From Terriglobales bacterium (lineage in GTDB: Bacteria; Acidobacteriota; Terriglobia; Terriglobales; Acidobacteriaceae), in assembly GCA_035252015.1 (NCBI GenBank), contig DATFDP010000044.1, forward strand, positions 788 through 64,787: a stretch of DNA of 64,000 nucleotides. The letters are read 5' to 3'. Positions 1-9,190 of the stretch are shown here, one piece after another. The notes under the pieces were generated by a model. It saw only the letters and a program-made list of their open reading frames with translations. It searched no databases and was not told where the DNA came from. Both the position numbers and the translations under genes were made by a program. How positions within the stretch are numbered: the stretch's first letter is position 1; each line of letters starts with the position of its first letter.

Positions 1-505
1 CCCCGGCAACCTCAGAGGGCGATTCTTCCGGCGTCAACAGGCGCAGGGCCTGGTCTCCAGAACAAAGCTGCAGGCCGGCGGTAAGGGTAAGTCCTCCCCG
101 CAAAACTATCGTTCCGGGCAGAGTGCAGGTTCCGCCGTTACTGACAACTGAGAGGCCGTACTGCCCAGGAGCAAGTCCATGGAACTCGAATTCGCCCTTG
201 GCGGAGGTACGGCTGACGTAGTCTTGCCCCTGAGCCGATGAATGCAACCGCACCGTCGCATTTGCGACGGGAGCCTTTGCCTGGCTGAGCAAAACGCCAT
301 GCCACGCGGCCGTGGCAGTTGCCATCGAGCGGCCCGCAAAGGTGAGCACACAGACCAGCGTCAGGATGCGAATTGAGATAGTAGACCTGCTTTCCCGTCC
401 GGCTGCCGGGTGCTCCGCAGCCGAAGCACCCGGGCAGAAGGATTTTACCGATCCAAGAGCCACGCCGACAAAGACCACGAGCTTCTGCTTTTGGACAGCG
501 CACAC
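1..505 (-). CDS. Carboxypeptidase-regulatory-like (CarboxypepD_reg) domain protein, N-terminal part; gene runs off the left edge
   Basis: Absent from the ORF track because it has no stop in the window. My translation of the minus strand, in the frame following the 518-520 stop, reads ...IRILTLVCVLTFAGRSMATATAAWHGVLLSQAKAPVANATVRLHSSAQGQDYVSRTSAKGEFEFHGLAPGQYGLSVVSNGG... This is a signal-like hydrophobic stretch followed by the same beta-sandwich pattern seen at the N-termini of the two large OMPs here. The start is unresolved (in-frame GTG at 505, 478, 463). Confidence 0.5.
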   Translation of the reverse strand, partial: MCAVQKQKLVVFVGVALGSVKSFCPGASAAEHPAAGRESRSTISIRILTLVCVLTFAGRSMATATAAWHGVLLSQAKAPVANATVRLHSSAQGQDYVSRTSAKGEFEFHGLAPGQYGLSVVSNGGTCTLPGTIVLRGGLTLTAGLQLCSGDQALRLLTPEESPSEVAG

Positions 506-517
506 GGCAGTTCCCTC

Positions 518-1390
518 TCAACTCCGCTGAAAGACCTTGGCTACGGCGGAGAAATCCTCTTCGCCGTAGCCTCCAGCGATTGCCTTCCGGAAGATTTCGA
601 GCGCGGCTGTGGCGGTCTGAAGCCTTATTCCCAGTGCGTTTCCCTCCTGTAATGCATAGGTCAGGTCCTTTGCCATGAGCTGCAGGGCGAAGTTCGGGTC
701 GAAGTCATTGGCCAATACGCGACCTGCCACTCGCTTCACAATACCGCTTCCGGGCGCGCCTTCAGTGAGAACAGAAAAGGCTTTCTGGCGGTCCAGCCCC
801 GCGGCCTCGATCATCTTCCCTGCCTCGGCAAACGATGCAGCCTGCACGCCGCACACAAAATTATTAATCAGCTTCATCAGCGCACCGCTGCCGTGTGGTC
901 CGAGATGGACCACATCGCGACCCAGCGCGGAAAGGACGGGACGTGCTATCTCGAGAGCGGCGGCATTTCCGCCGACAAGAAAAACCAGCTCGCCAGACGC
1001 AGCGTGCGGCTTAGTACCGGTGACAGGGGCGTCCAGAAACTCGCATCCACGTTTGGCGGCCGACGCCGCCAACTCTTTCATCCAGCCCACGCTGAGTGTG
1101 CTGGATTCGATGAGCACCGACCCAGCACTGGCGCCGGCCAGGATTCCTTCGGGGCCCAGCCATACGTCACGCGAGGCGCGATCATCAGCAACTATGCTGA
1201 TTACAATTGCGGCTCTGGAGGCAGCTTCGCGGGGGGTATTCGCCAGAGTCGCTCCTGAGCTGACCAGCGGGGCAGCTTTGTTCTGATTCCGGTTATAAAC
1301 GGTGAGTGGAAAGTTGAGAGACAACAGGCGGTGGGCCATTCCACTGCCCATGATGCCGAGCCCCAAAATTGCCGTTTGTGGTCTTGACAT
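518..1390 (-). CDS. NAD(P)-dependent oxidoreductase, 3-hydroxyisobutyrate/6-phosphogluconate dehydrogenase (HIBADH) type
   Basis: N-terminal Rossmann motif ILGLGIMGSGMAHRLL. 290 aa with overall beta-hydroxyacid dehydrogenase layout (GTKPHAASGELVFLVGG, KDLTYAL). Confidence 0.85.
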   Translation of the reverse strand: MSRPQTAILGLGIMGSGMAHRLLSLNFPLTVYNRNQNKAAPLVSSGATLANTPREAASRAAIVISIVADDRASRDVWLGPEGILAGASAGSVLIESSTLSVGWMKELAASAAKRGCEFLDAPVTGTKPHAASGELVFLVGGNAAALEIARPVLSALGRDVVHLGPHGSGALMKLINNFVCGVQAASFAEAGKMIEAAGLDRQKAFSVLTEGAPGSGIVKRVAGRVLANDFDPNFALQLMAKDLTYALQEGNALGIRLQTATAALEIFRKAIAGGYGEEDFSAVAKVFQRS

Positions 1391-1503
1391 GGATGGTTAC
1401 CTTAAGGGAATAACGCCGGCCAGCCGATCTGCCGACTGGATGACATAGATGGGACCGGAATAGAAAGAATCAGGCGCGATGTATTTACTTTTCCTCGCTC
1501 GCA

Positions 1504-3588
1504 TCAAGCCCTGAACAGGCGTGTCCACACCTGCATTGCCGTCGGTTCCCGGTTCGCCCACCCATAATAGGGGATGAGTGTCAACGGAACCGGCTGCGTC
1601 CTGGGCGGCTGGCCGGCGTAGCGTGAGTAGAGCATGTTCTGGGATTTGGCTTGGTAAGCCATGCCCCCATGGTGGAGCACCACTACTCCGTCGAGCATGC
1701 CGCTCTTGTACTCATTCCGAAACGATGAATGCGGCATGCTTTCAAGGTTGAAAGCAATGTCTGCTAAGTCCACTCCAACTGGCTGGTCCAGACCTTCCAG
1801 ACAGTAAAGAATAGGTCCGCGCTGCACGGCGACCCTTCCAGCATCTTCGGCAACGTGAGGGTTGGCCTGGAGCACATGCGAGCGCATGGGCACATGCAGG
1901 TGCACTGTGTCACCCGCCACCCATTGGCGGCGAATAGGCAGATATTCCCCCGGGGTTACCCCGGCCAGTGTTTTGCCGTTCACCGCGACCTGCGCCTCAT
2001 CTGCCCATCCCGGAATGCGCAGATAGAAGGTGAATTGGGAAGGCCGCGCCGGGGAAACAGCTATTTCAATGTCTCCTTCCCAGGGATAATTGGTTTTCTG
2101 CGCGACCTTGAGACCAGTTCCATCTTCCAAGTGCCAGTCGAGTTCGGAGTTGTCATAGAAATGCACGTAAACTCCATCGCTGCTGGTGCTGTAGAAATAT
2201 CCCGGAAGAGATGCAAAAGTGCGTTCAAGGTTGGGCGGGCAACAGGTGACGTCGTACCAGGGATTGCGGATCTTGTCTCCGGTGGAGGGATCAAAAGCCA
2301 GAGGATTCCTATAACAGTAGAGAGTTCCGTTTAGCGACATACCAGAATTGATGCCGTTATAGAGGGCTCTTTCCATCACGTCAGTAAACTTGGCAGCTCC
2401 CGTCGCCGAAAGCATGCGCCAGTTCCACATCATGTTGCCGATGGCGGCGCAACTCTCCCCATAGGCGCGGTAGTTGGGCAACTCGTAGGCATCGCCGAAG
2501 GCTTCACCGTCCGACCGTGCCCCAACTCCGCCGCTGATATACATCTTGGTGCTGACCAGGTCGCTCCAAAGGGTGTTCAACGTCTTCCAATACGTGGGAT
2601 CGCCAGTCTCCATGTAGTAGTCTGTTGCTCCGCAACAGGCGTACATGGCGCGCACCGCATGGCCTTCCAGTTTGGTGCGGTCGGTAAAGGGAGTGCCGCT
2701 GAACATGTAGATGGTCCTGCGCTCGGGGAATTGAAGCCGCTCGTCGCCGCGCAGGACGTATCCCGCCAGTTCGAGTTGCCGCTTGTCGCCGGTGATGCGG
2801 TAGAGTTCGATCAAGGCCATTTCAATCTCGGGATGGCCGGCAACGATGGGCTTTTTGGGAGCGGGACCGTAGTTGGGCAACAGGAAGCCGTCTACAAAGC
2901 GGATTCCCGCGTCGAGCAATTTGCGCTCTCCCGTGGCACGGTAATAAGCGATGGCACCCTGCAGCATGTGTCCGAGATTGTAAAGCTCGTGGCCGGTCGC
3001 CTGCGTATCGGGGAGCATGCGCAGCGCCGCACGGTCCCCCACAAAATAGGTGTTCAGGTACCCGCTGGGTTCCTGGACCGCGATCACTTCATTTATTGCC
3101 TTCTCGACTGAAGTGCGCAGCGCAGGCTGATCGCCGGACTGAAGCGCAAAGCCAACTGCCTCCGTCCATTTGTACACATCAGAATCGGAAAATACCGGAC
3201 CAATCTGGGGCGCGTCGCTCTTGCCCACCAGGCGGCGGAAATTATTCATGCGGCCATGGGCTTCGAGCAGGTCGTGCATGGTGGGAATGCTCTTGTTGAC
3301 GTTGGTTTCGCGCCGCTGTGCCCAGAAACCGCTCTTGATGGTCACAGCGCGTACCGGAACCTGGTGCAGCTTGGCGTAAGGAGAGCGGGTGAGATTCTCG
3401 ATCGCCTGATTTTTCCAGTCCAGAGCCTGAAATTGTGAAGCCTCCGGCGTACCTGCCGCAGGGAGTGACGGAAAAACGCCGGAGACCATTTCGCTCAGGG
3501 CCTTGGGGGTAGCAAGGGAGGAAACGGCTGCCGCTGAAACCGCTGAGGCCACAAACTGCCGGCGTGACATGGTGGAGGTTTTGCCCAT
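1504..3588 (-). CDS. Glycoside hydrolase family 127 (beta-L-arabinofuranosidase-like, DUF1680), Tat signal
   Basis: 694 aa. Twin-arginine leader [18 protein letters not shown]127-like stretches GHAVRAMYACCGATDYY and YRAYGESCAAIGNMMWNWRM. AGGAG lies 5 nt upstream of the ATG. Confidence 0.85.
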   Translation of the reverse strand: MGKTSTMSRRQFVASAVSAAAVSSLATPKALSEMVSGVFPSLPAAGTPEASQFQALDWKNQAIENLTRSPYAKLHQVPVRAVTIKSGFWAQRRETNVNKSIPTMHDLLEAHGRMNNFRRLVGKSDAPQIGPVFSDSDVYKWTEAVGFALQSGDQPALRTSVEKAINEVIAVQEPSGYLNTYFVGDRAALRMLPDTQATGHELYNLGHMLQGAIAYYRATGERKLLDAGIRFVDGFLLPNYGPAPKKPIVAGHPEIEMALIELYRITGDKRQLELAGYVLRGDERLQFPERRTIYMFSGTPFTDRTKLEGHAVRAMYACCGATDYYMETGDPTYWKTLNTLWSDLVSTKMYISGGVGARSDGEAFGDAYELPNYRAYGESCAAIGNMMWNWRMLSATGAAKFTDVMERALYNGINSGMSLNGTLYCYRNPLAFDPSTGDKIRNPWYDVTCCPPNLERTFASLPGYFYSTSSDGVYVHFYDNSELDWHLEDGTGLKVAQKTNYPWEGDIEIAVSPARPSQFTFYLRIPGWADEAQVAVNGKTLAGVTPGEYLPIRRQWVAGDTVHLHVPMRSHVLQANPHVAEDAGRVAVQRGPILYCLEGLDQPVGVDLADIAFNLESMPHSSFRNEYKSGMLDGVVVLHHGGMAYQAKSQNMLYSRYAGQPPRTQPVPLTLIPYYGWANREPTAMQVWTRLFRA

Positions 3589-3744
3589 GGCTCGCTCCTA
3601 TGCAGCCGGCCTGCAGGACCGGCTGAAAAACCCAGGTTGGGATGGGTGGAATTATACGCCAGGGTCAAGTAATCGTTTACTCAGAACCTGCATTCAGGCC
3701 GATGCGCCTTTCTGGCGTCCCTTGCGACGCTCGTAGTGCAGCGA

Positions 3745-4044
3745 TTACTGCCGGCGGGAAGAGACAGCGAGGATTATGGCTGAAACACCCAGCAACACTG
3801 ACATGATCACTCTAACCACATTACGTCTGCGGCCCGCAGGCTGCTGATGGTGATAAACGCGGTGCAACACCAGCCATTCTGCAGCCAGGGCCAGAAGCAG
3901 CATGAGGATTGCCGCACGTGACCAATCCGTTGCGCGACCCGGCAGCCAGGCGGTCACCAGGATTACCAAGGCCAACAGGCAGGCAAGCGCCGACCACAAC
4001 CGCCGGCGTCCTGCACCGTAGTTTGAGGACCGCGACTCGGTCAT
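3745..4044 (-). CDS. Small hypothetical membrane protein (about 3 TM segments)
   Basis: 99-aa ORF with three hydrophobic stretches (LWSALACLLALVILVTAWL, AAILMLLLALAAEWLVL, VIMSVLLGVSAIILAV). No recognisable family. Confidence 0.35.
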   Translation of the reverse strand: MTESRSSNYGAGRRRLWSALACLLALVILVTAWLPGRATDWSRAAILMLLLALAAEWLVLHRVYHHQQPAGRRRNVVRVIMSVLLGVSAIILAVSSRRQ

Positions 4045-4167
4045 ACCCTACAACGCTTCGCCTATAATCGTTCGACCAGCGGGACCGGGTCAATGCCAAA
4101 CCGCTGACGAGCAGGAACCTTCGACAGGGCCGGCAAGATTGGGGATACCGAGATTTTGTTCTGCATA

Positions 4168-4180
4168 CCATGTGACATGG
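4168..4180. promoter_or_regulatory. Perfect 6+1+6 palindrome CCATGT-G-ACATGG just upstream of the sugar-acid operon start
   Basis: Read directly: ccatgtgacatgg, ending 11 nt before the GTG at 4191. The 1-nt centre rules out an RNA hairpin, so a dimeric DNA-binding site is the natural reading. No cognate regulator is identified. Confidence 0.25.
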
Positions 4181-4190
4181 AACGGTCGCA

Positions 4191-5429
4191 GTGAAGATTG
4201 TCCGCTTGAAAACCGCGGTGGTTGAGGGCAACTTCGACTGGACCTTCGTCCGCATTGAGACCGACGAGCGGCTTTGCGGACTGGGCGAATGCTTCTTTGC
4301 TCCCGGCCTAACTGCAATTATTCGCTCGCTCGAACCCCTTTTAGTGGGAGAAGACCCGCGCGACATTCATCGCCTGTTCCGCAAACTGCAGCTTGCGACT
4401 TCGGGCGCCGGCTCGGTGGCCGGCATCATTTACAACGCCGTCAGCGGCATCGAAGCCGCGTTGTGGGATGCGCTGGGTCAATGGCTTGAGGTTCCCATCT
4501 ACCGGCTGCTGGGCGGGAAATTCCGCGACAAAGTTCGCATTTACGCCGATTGTCATGCCGGAGAGGCGCTGGAAAGTCTCGATGAGGTCTTGCGCACCCG
4601 ACCGGCCTCATGGATTGCGAAAATCTCTAAACACGCGGCAAAGGATTACTTCGGCGCGGTTACGGACGGCCCACCCGCTTCTCCTGACGATTACAGTCGC
4701 CAGGCCCTCGCCAAGCGTAGTGAAGGATATACTGCGTTGAAATTTGACCTGGATGTGCCGGGTACGGAGGGAGTTGATGCGCACAATCGCGGGCTCAGCA
4801 ACCGCGCCATTGATCGCATGGTGTACCTGGTCGCTGCAGTACACGAAGCGGTGGGCAAGGATACAGACATTGCGGTTGATTGTCACTGGCGATACAACGC
4901 GAGCGACGTGGTGAAACTAGCGCGCGAACTAGAGAAATTTCAACTACTGTGGCTGGAAGATCCCGTGCCCCCGGACAATATTGCCGCGCTGAAAGAGGTG
5001 CACTCCAAGGTGAATCTACCCATTGCAACCGGCGAGAACCTGTACCTGTTTACAGGCTTTCAGGAAATCATCGCACAACACGCACTCAGCATTGTTACTC
5101 CCGATTTGCAAAAGGTTGGCGGCCTGGCGGTCGCTCAGAGCATTGCTCAGTTTGCCGATGTGCATGGCATGCCGCTGGCTGTGCACAACATCAGCAGTCC
5201 GGTTGGAACCCTTGCAGCCGCGCATTTCTGTGCTGCGATTTCAAATTTCCTGGCACTGGAGTTCCATGCCTCTGAAGTTCCCTTCTGGAACGATTTGATC
5301 GAGGGCGTGCCAAAGCCGATCATTCGGAATGGCTTTGTCGAAATACCTGAAAAACCGGGCCTGGGTGTGACGTTGAACGAAGAAGTGGCACGGCGTTACG
5401 CACGAAAGGGCGAACCGTTTTTCCAATGA
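4191..5429 (+). CDS. Enolase-superfamily (mandelate racemase/muconate lactonizing enzyme family) sugar-acid dehydratase
   Basis: 412 aa. N-terminal capping-domain pattern MKIVRLKTAVVEGNFDWTFVRIETDERLCGLGECF and barrel motifs (ALKFDLD, IAVDCHWRY, LLWLEDP, PIATGEN). GTG start. Confidence 0.85.
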   Translation: MKIVRLKTAVVEGNFDWTFVRIETDERLCGLGECFFAPGLTAIIRSLEPLLVGEDPRDIHRLFRKLQLATSGAGSVAGIIYNAVSGIEAALWDALGQWLEVPIYRLLGGKFRDKVRIYADCHAGEALESLDEVLRTRPASWIAKISKHAAKDYFGAVTDGPPASPDDYSRQALAKRSEGYTALKFDLDVPGTEGVDAHNRGLSNRAIDRMVYLVAAVHEAVGKDTDIAVDCHWRYNASDVVKLARELEKFQLLWLEDPVPPDNIAALKEVHSKVNLPIATGENLYLFTGFQEIIAQHALSIVTPDLQKVGGLAVAQSIAQFADVHGMPLAVHNISSPVGTLAAAHFCAAISNFLALEFHASEVPFWNDLIEGVPKPIIRNGFVEIPEKPGLGVTLNEEVARRYARKGEPFFQ

Positions 5430-6127
5430 GTAAAGTGAAACTCTGGAACTCAGACGATGAGCTGTTCTCCCTGGCGGAGCGCGAGCTCTTCACCTGCGTG
5501 GTGGGCGACGTCATGGATAAGATCGGCCTGCAAAAACAATTCCTGCCGCCACAAATTCAGCCGCTGCAGCGAGAGATGGTTGTGATTGGGCGCGCCTTGC
5601 CGGTCCTTTCCGTGGACGTTTTCGCTGAGCGAATTGCCGATACAGCAAACAAGTTGATGGACAAGTCTTTTGGCCTGATGTTGGAAGCCCTGGATGATCT
5701 GCGCAAGAACGAGGTCTATGTGAATACCGGTTCTTCACCTCGCAATGCGCTGTGGGGAGAACTGATGAGCACCCGCGCCCGTAAGCTGGGTTGCCGGGGG
5801 GCGGTGTTGAATGGATATACGAGAGATACCAGGCGAATTCTCGAGATGAAGTTCCCCACTTTCGCCTTCGGCTCTTACGGGCAGGATTCGGCTCCGCGCT
5901 ACAAAGTTGTGGATTTCCGGCTCCCAATCGAAATCGGGCAGGTGCGGGTGCGCCCCGGCGACATTCTGTTTGGCGATGTGGATGGAGTCCTGCTGGTTCC
6001 CGCCGAAGCTGAGGAAGAAGTATTTGCAGGCGCCCTGGAGAAGGCGCGCGGTGAAAAGCTGGTGAGGCGCGCCATCGAAGAAGGAAGCAGCGCGGTCGAA
6101 GCATTCAAGAAGTTCGGCATCATGTGA
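5426..6127 (+). CDS. RraA-family protein (RraA / 4-hydroxy-4-methyl-2-oxoglutarate aldolase-like)
   Basis: 233 aa. RraA-fold signature region NALWGELMSTRARKLGCRGAVLNGYTRD...GDILFGDVDGVLLVP. The ATG overlaps the upstream stop (ATGA at 5426-5429). Confidence 0.8.
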   Translation: MSKVKLWNSDDELFSLAERELFTCVVGDVMDKIGLQKQFLPPQIQPLQREMVVIGRALPVLSVDVFAERIADTANKLMDKSFGLMLEALDDLRKNEVYVNTGSSPRNALWGELMSTRARKLGCRGAVLNGYTRDTRRILEMKFPTFAFGSYGQDSAPRYKVVDFRLPIEIGQVRVRPGDILFGDVDGVLLVPAEAEEEVFAGALEKARGEKLVRRAIEEGSSAVEAFKKFGIM

Positions 6128-7314
6128 ATATGATGAGGGCAATCTCCACCACCGCACGCGGGCAGCAGATTCGGCGCTTTCTTCGGGACAATGAACTGCG
6201 CGCTTGGATTGCATGGCGGCCCGACGAACTGGTCATGATGTCAGGGTATCTCCCTTACTGGGGAGCATCGCTGTTGATTTATTTTGCTGACGCGGAGCCC
6301 GTCGTCTTCGTTCCACAGATTGAACCTCGCGATCATATTCCCGGAGGTTTGCAGGTCAAGGAGTACCCCTGGGGTGATTTGAAATGCGCAGACCCGTATT
6401 CCGTTCTGGTTTCGGCTGTAAGCGAAGAATTGGCAAGAGCAAAAACCGCACAAGAACAGGTTGGAATGAATTCCAACTCGGCACGGGCTGCTCTGCCGAT
6501 ACAGGCTGCCGAACACATTCCCTTGTCGGAGAATTTTTCTGACCGTTTATCGGCAGTTGCTGCAAGGTCAGACACTGCCCTCCAGGCGGGATTCTCCCAG
6601 CTGTATTTGAAGAAGACCGCGGAGGAGATTCAGGCGATCCGGCTGACCAATGGAGTAGCCAATGTTGGATTGCAGGTTTTTCATAAGGCATTGAAGCCCG
6701 GCACCTCAGAAGTAGAGATTGCATCCGCAGTTGAATCGGCAATTCAGTGCCAGGTCGGTCGCGACGGCATCTTCTATTCTCGGGGCTGGGCGATGGTTCA
6801 GTCCGGCCCGAACACGGCGGACGCGGGAAGGTTCAACCGTTCCACCGCGCGGCGCTTGCAAAGTGGCGACCTGGTTCTGATTGAACTGGGAACCTGTGTC
6901 AACGGATATTGGAGCGACCTGACACGAACAGCCCCGGCAGGCCAATTAAAGCCCGAAGTCGAAGAGATATTCAATGTTGCTGCCGAGGCGCAGAAAGCTG
7001 CGATTAATGAAGTAGGCCCCGGCGTTTCTGCGGCTCGCGTTGATGCCGCGGCAAGAGACCACATCGCGCGCCTTGGATTCGGGGAGTTTTTTGCTCACCT
7101 CACCGGACATCATGTGGGTTTCCGTTATCACGATCCGGGATTTGCGATCGTTCCTGGAGAAGCCGCCAAACTCGAATCCGGAATGGTAATCACGATTGAG
7201 CCGGGTGTATATGTTCGCGAGCGCGGCGCAGGCGCAAGGATTGAAGACAACGTGCTCGTCACCGAATCGGGGCACGAGATACTTTCCAGAAAGGATGGGA
7301 GCAGGCGGACATGA
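6124..7314 (+). CDS. M24-family (Xaa-Pro peptidase/creatinase fold) protein
   Basis: Pita-bread motifs GDLVLIELGTCVNGYWSDLTRT, HLTGHHVGFRYHDPG, ITIEPGVY, ARIEDNVLVT. The first metal Asp appears as Glu (LIELG). The start overlaps the upstream stop (GTGA at 6124-6127); alternative ATGs lie at 6130 and 6133. Confidence 0.8.
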   Translation: MNMMRAISTTARGQQIRRFLRDNELRAWIAWRPDELVMMSGYLPYWGASLLIYFADAEPVVFVPQIEPRDHIPGGLQVKEYPWGDLKCADPYSVLVSAVSEELARAKTAQEQVGMNSNSARAALPIQAAEHIPLSENFSDRLSAVAARSDTALQAGFSQLYLKKTAEEIQAIRLTNGVANVGLQVFHKALKPGTSEVEIASAVESAIQCQVGRDGIFYSRGWAMVQSGPNTADAGRFNRSTARRLQSGDLVLIELGTCVNGYWSDLTRTAPAGQLKPEVEEIFNVAAEAQKAAINEVGPGVSAARVDAAARDHIARLGFGEFFAHLTGHHVGFRYHDPGFAIVPGEAAKLESGMVITIEPGVYVRERGAGARIEDNVLVTESGHEILSRKDGSRRT

Positions 7315-8084
7315 TCAGTATTGATCTTTCGGGCAAGACAATTTTGATTACTGGCGCCCTGGGCGCGATTGCCGAGCACATGGTCCGCAGACTCAGTGCA
7401 GCCGGCGCCAAGCTGGTTCTCACCGACATAAAAAACCCGGAACAGGCCAGACAAGCCCTCGAGCAATGGAAAATCAGCCCATCTTCCTACGTCTATTTCC
7501 CAGCAGATATAACTCGCTCTGCCGAAATAGAAGCTGCAGTGAACGCTGCTTTCAGCAAGTTTCCTCAGATGGATACGGTTTTGGGCCACGCCGGCGGTTG
7601 CGGATTGCATCCCTTCGCGAGCACGTCCGAAGCCGATTATGAGCGCATTTTTCGCTTCAACTACTTCGGACAGACATATCTCGCCCGCTCCGTGCTGGCG
7701 CAGTGGATACAGCGCAAAATACCGGGACACCTGATCTTCACATCCTCTTATGTAGCTCGAATGCCGCACACCCAAATTTCATCCTACGCATCGGCTAAAG
7801 CAGCCCTGGAAAACTTTGCCCGCAGCCTGGCCATGGAGTATGCGCATACCGGAATTCGGGTGAACGTCGTTTCGCCTGGCAACGTTGCCTGCGGCAGTTC
7901 GCTGAAGGTTTTCGAAGAGGACGCCGCTTACCGGGAATTTGTGCTGCGCGTCTCGATGGGGAGAAGGAATTCTCCCGAATCCATTGCCGACGCTTTCCTT
8001 TTTCTTTGCTCGCCGCTGGCCAGCGAGATCAATGGACAAGTCCTCAGCCCGGATTATGGCGCGGGCATCGGGAACCGGTTATGA
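7311..8084 (+). CDS. Short-chain dehydrogenase/reductase (SDR)
   Basis: TGALGAIAEHM glycine-rich motif and YASAKAAL (YxxxK). 257 aa. ATGA overlap with the upstream gene at 7311-7314. Confidence 0.85.
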   Translation: MISIDLSGKTILITGALGAIAEHMVRRLSAAGAKLVLTDIKNPEQARQALEQWKISPSSYVYFPADITRSAEIEAAVNAAFSKFPQMDTVLGHAGGCGLHPFASTSEADYERIFRFNYFGQTYLARSVLAQWIQRKIPGHLIFTSSYVARMPHTQISSYASAKAALENFARSLAMEYAHTGIRVNVVSPGNVACGSSLKVFEEDAAYREFVLRVSMGRRNSPESIADAFLFLCSPLASEINGQVLSPDYGAGIGNRL

Positions 8085-9190
8085 AGATAGGCCTTGGCCT
8101 CTATCGCCACATGCTGACGCGCGATTACTATGACTTCGCTCGCCAGGCGGGCTGCACTCATCTTGTGGTTCACCTGGTTGACTACTTTAATCGAGGCTCA
8201 ACCAACCCGCGGAATAATCAGCCAACCGGCTCGAAATATGAACCCTGGGGAGTCGCCGGCGATCCGGAGCAGATTTGGACAACAGGCGAGCTGAAAAAGC
8301 TGCGCGCCGAAATCGAAGAAGCTGGCCTGGTCCTGGCGGCTATTGAAAATCTCGATCCCGCGCACTGGCACGACATTCTGCTCGACGGCCCGCAGCGCCC
8401 GCAACAGGTCGAAAAAGTGAAGACCATGATTCGCCACCTGGGCGAGGCCGGCATTCCGGTTCTGGGCTACAACTTCAGCCTGGCAGGTGTTTGCGGGAGG
8501 GTAACGGCTCCCGCCGGGCGGGGGCACGCAATTACCCTGGGGATGGATGGTCCCGCAGAAGATGTGCCCATTCCCAAAGGAATGGTGTGGAACATGGTCT
8601 ACGATCAGAAGGTGCCTGCGGGCACATTGCCCTCGATTTCACACGAGGAGCTCTGGCGCCGACTCCAGCGATTCCTCTCAGACGTGCTGCCTGTCGCTGA
8701 GGATTCTGGAGTGCGGCTCGCCGCACATCCTGACGATCCGCCCATGCCCACCATGCGGCGACAACCGCGCCTGGTATACCAGCCGCACATGTATCAACGT
8801 TTGCTTGACCTGGCACCCAGTCCCAGCAATGCGCTGGAGCTTTGCGTGGGAACGCTGGCTGAAATGACGGAAGGCAATATTTACGACGCGGTAAACCAGT
8901 ACAGCAAGCAAGGCAAAATTGCCTACCTCCATCTTCGCAATGTGGCGGGAAAGGTGCCGCACTATCGCGAGACCTTCATTGATGAGGGCGATGTGGATAT
9001 GCTGCGAATTCTCGCCATCCTGCACCACAATGGCTTTGACGGCGTGGTCATTCCCGATCACAGTCCGCAGATGACTTGTTCCGCTCCCTGGCACGCGGGA
9101 ATGGCGCACACGCTGGGCTTCATGCTGGCGGCAAAATCGGCTCTGGAATCCGGCTTAATTGCCAAGACTGCGTTCCGGGGAGGCCCTTAA
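8081..9190 (+). CDS. uxuA: Mannonate dehydratase family (UxuA-like)
   Basis: PVAEDSGVRLAAHPDDPPMP, IAYLHLRN, GDVDMLRILAIL and VIPDHSPQM match E. coli UxuA blocks as I recall them ([46 protein letters not shown]). I chose the ATG at 8081 (ATGA overlap with the SDR stop) rather than the ORF-track start at 8006. Confidence 0.8.
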   Translation: MKIGLGLYRHMLTRDYYDFARQAGCTHLVVHLVDYFNRGSTNPRNNQPTGSKYEPWGVAGDPEQIWTTGELKKLRAEIEEAGLVLAAIENLDPAHWHDILLDGPQRPQQVEKVKTMIRHLGEAGIPVLGYNFSLAGVCGRVTAPAGRGHAITLGMDGPAEDVPIPKGMVWNMVYDQKVPAGTLPSISHEELWRRLQRFLSDVLPVAEDSGVRLAAHPDDPPMPTMRRQPRLVYQPHMYQRLLDLAPSPSNALELCVGTLAEMTEGNIYDAVNQYSKQGKIAYLHLRNVAGKVPHYRETFIDEGDVDMLRILAILHHNGFDGVVIPDHSPQMTCSAPWHAGMAHTLGFMLAAKSALESGLIAKTAFRGGP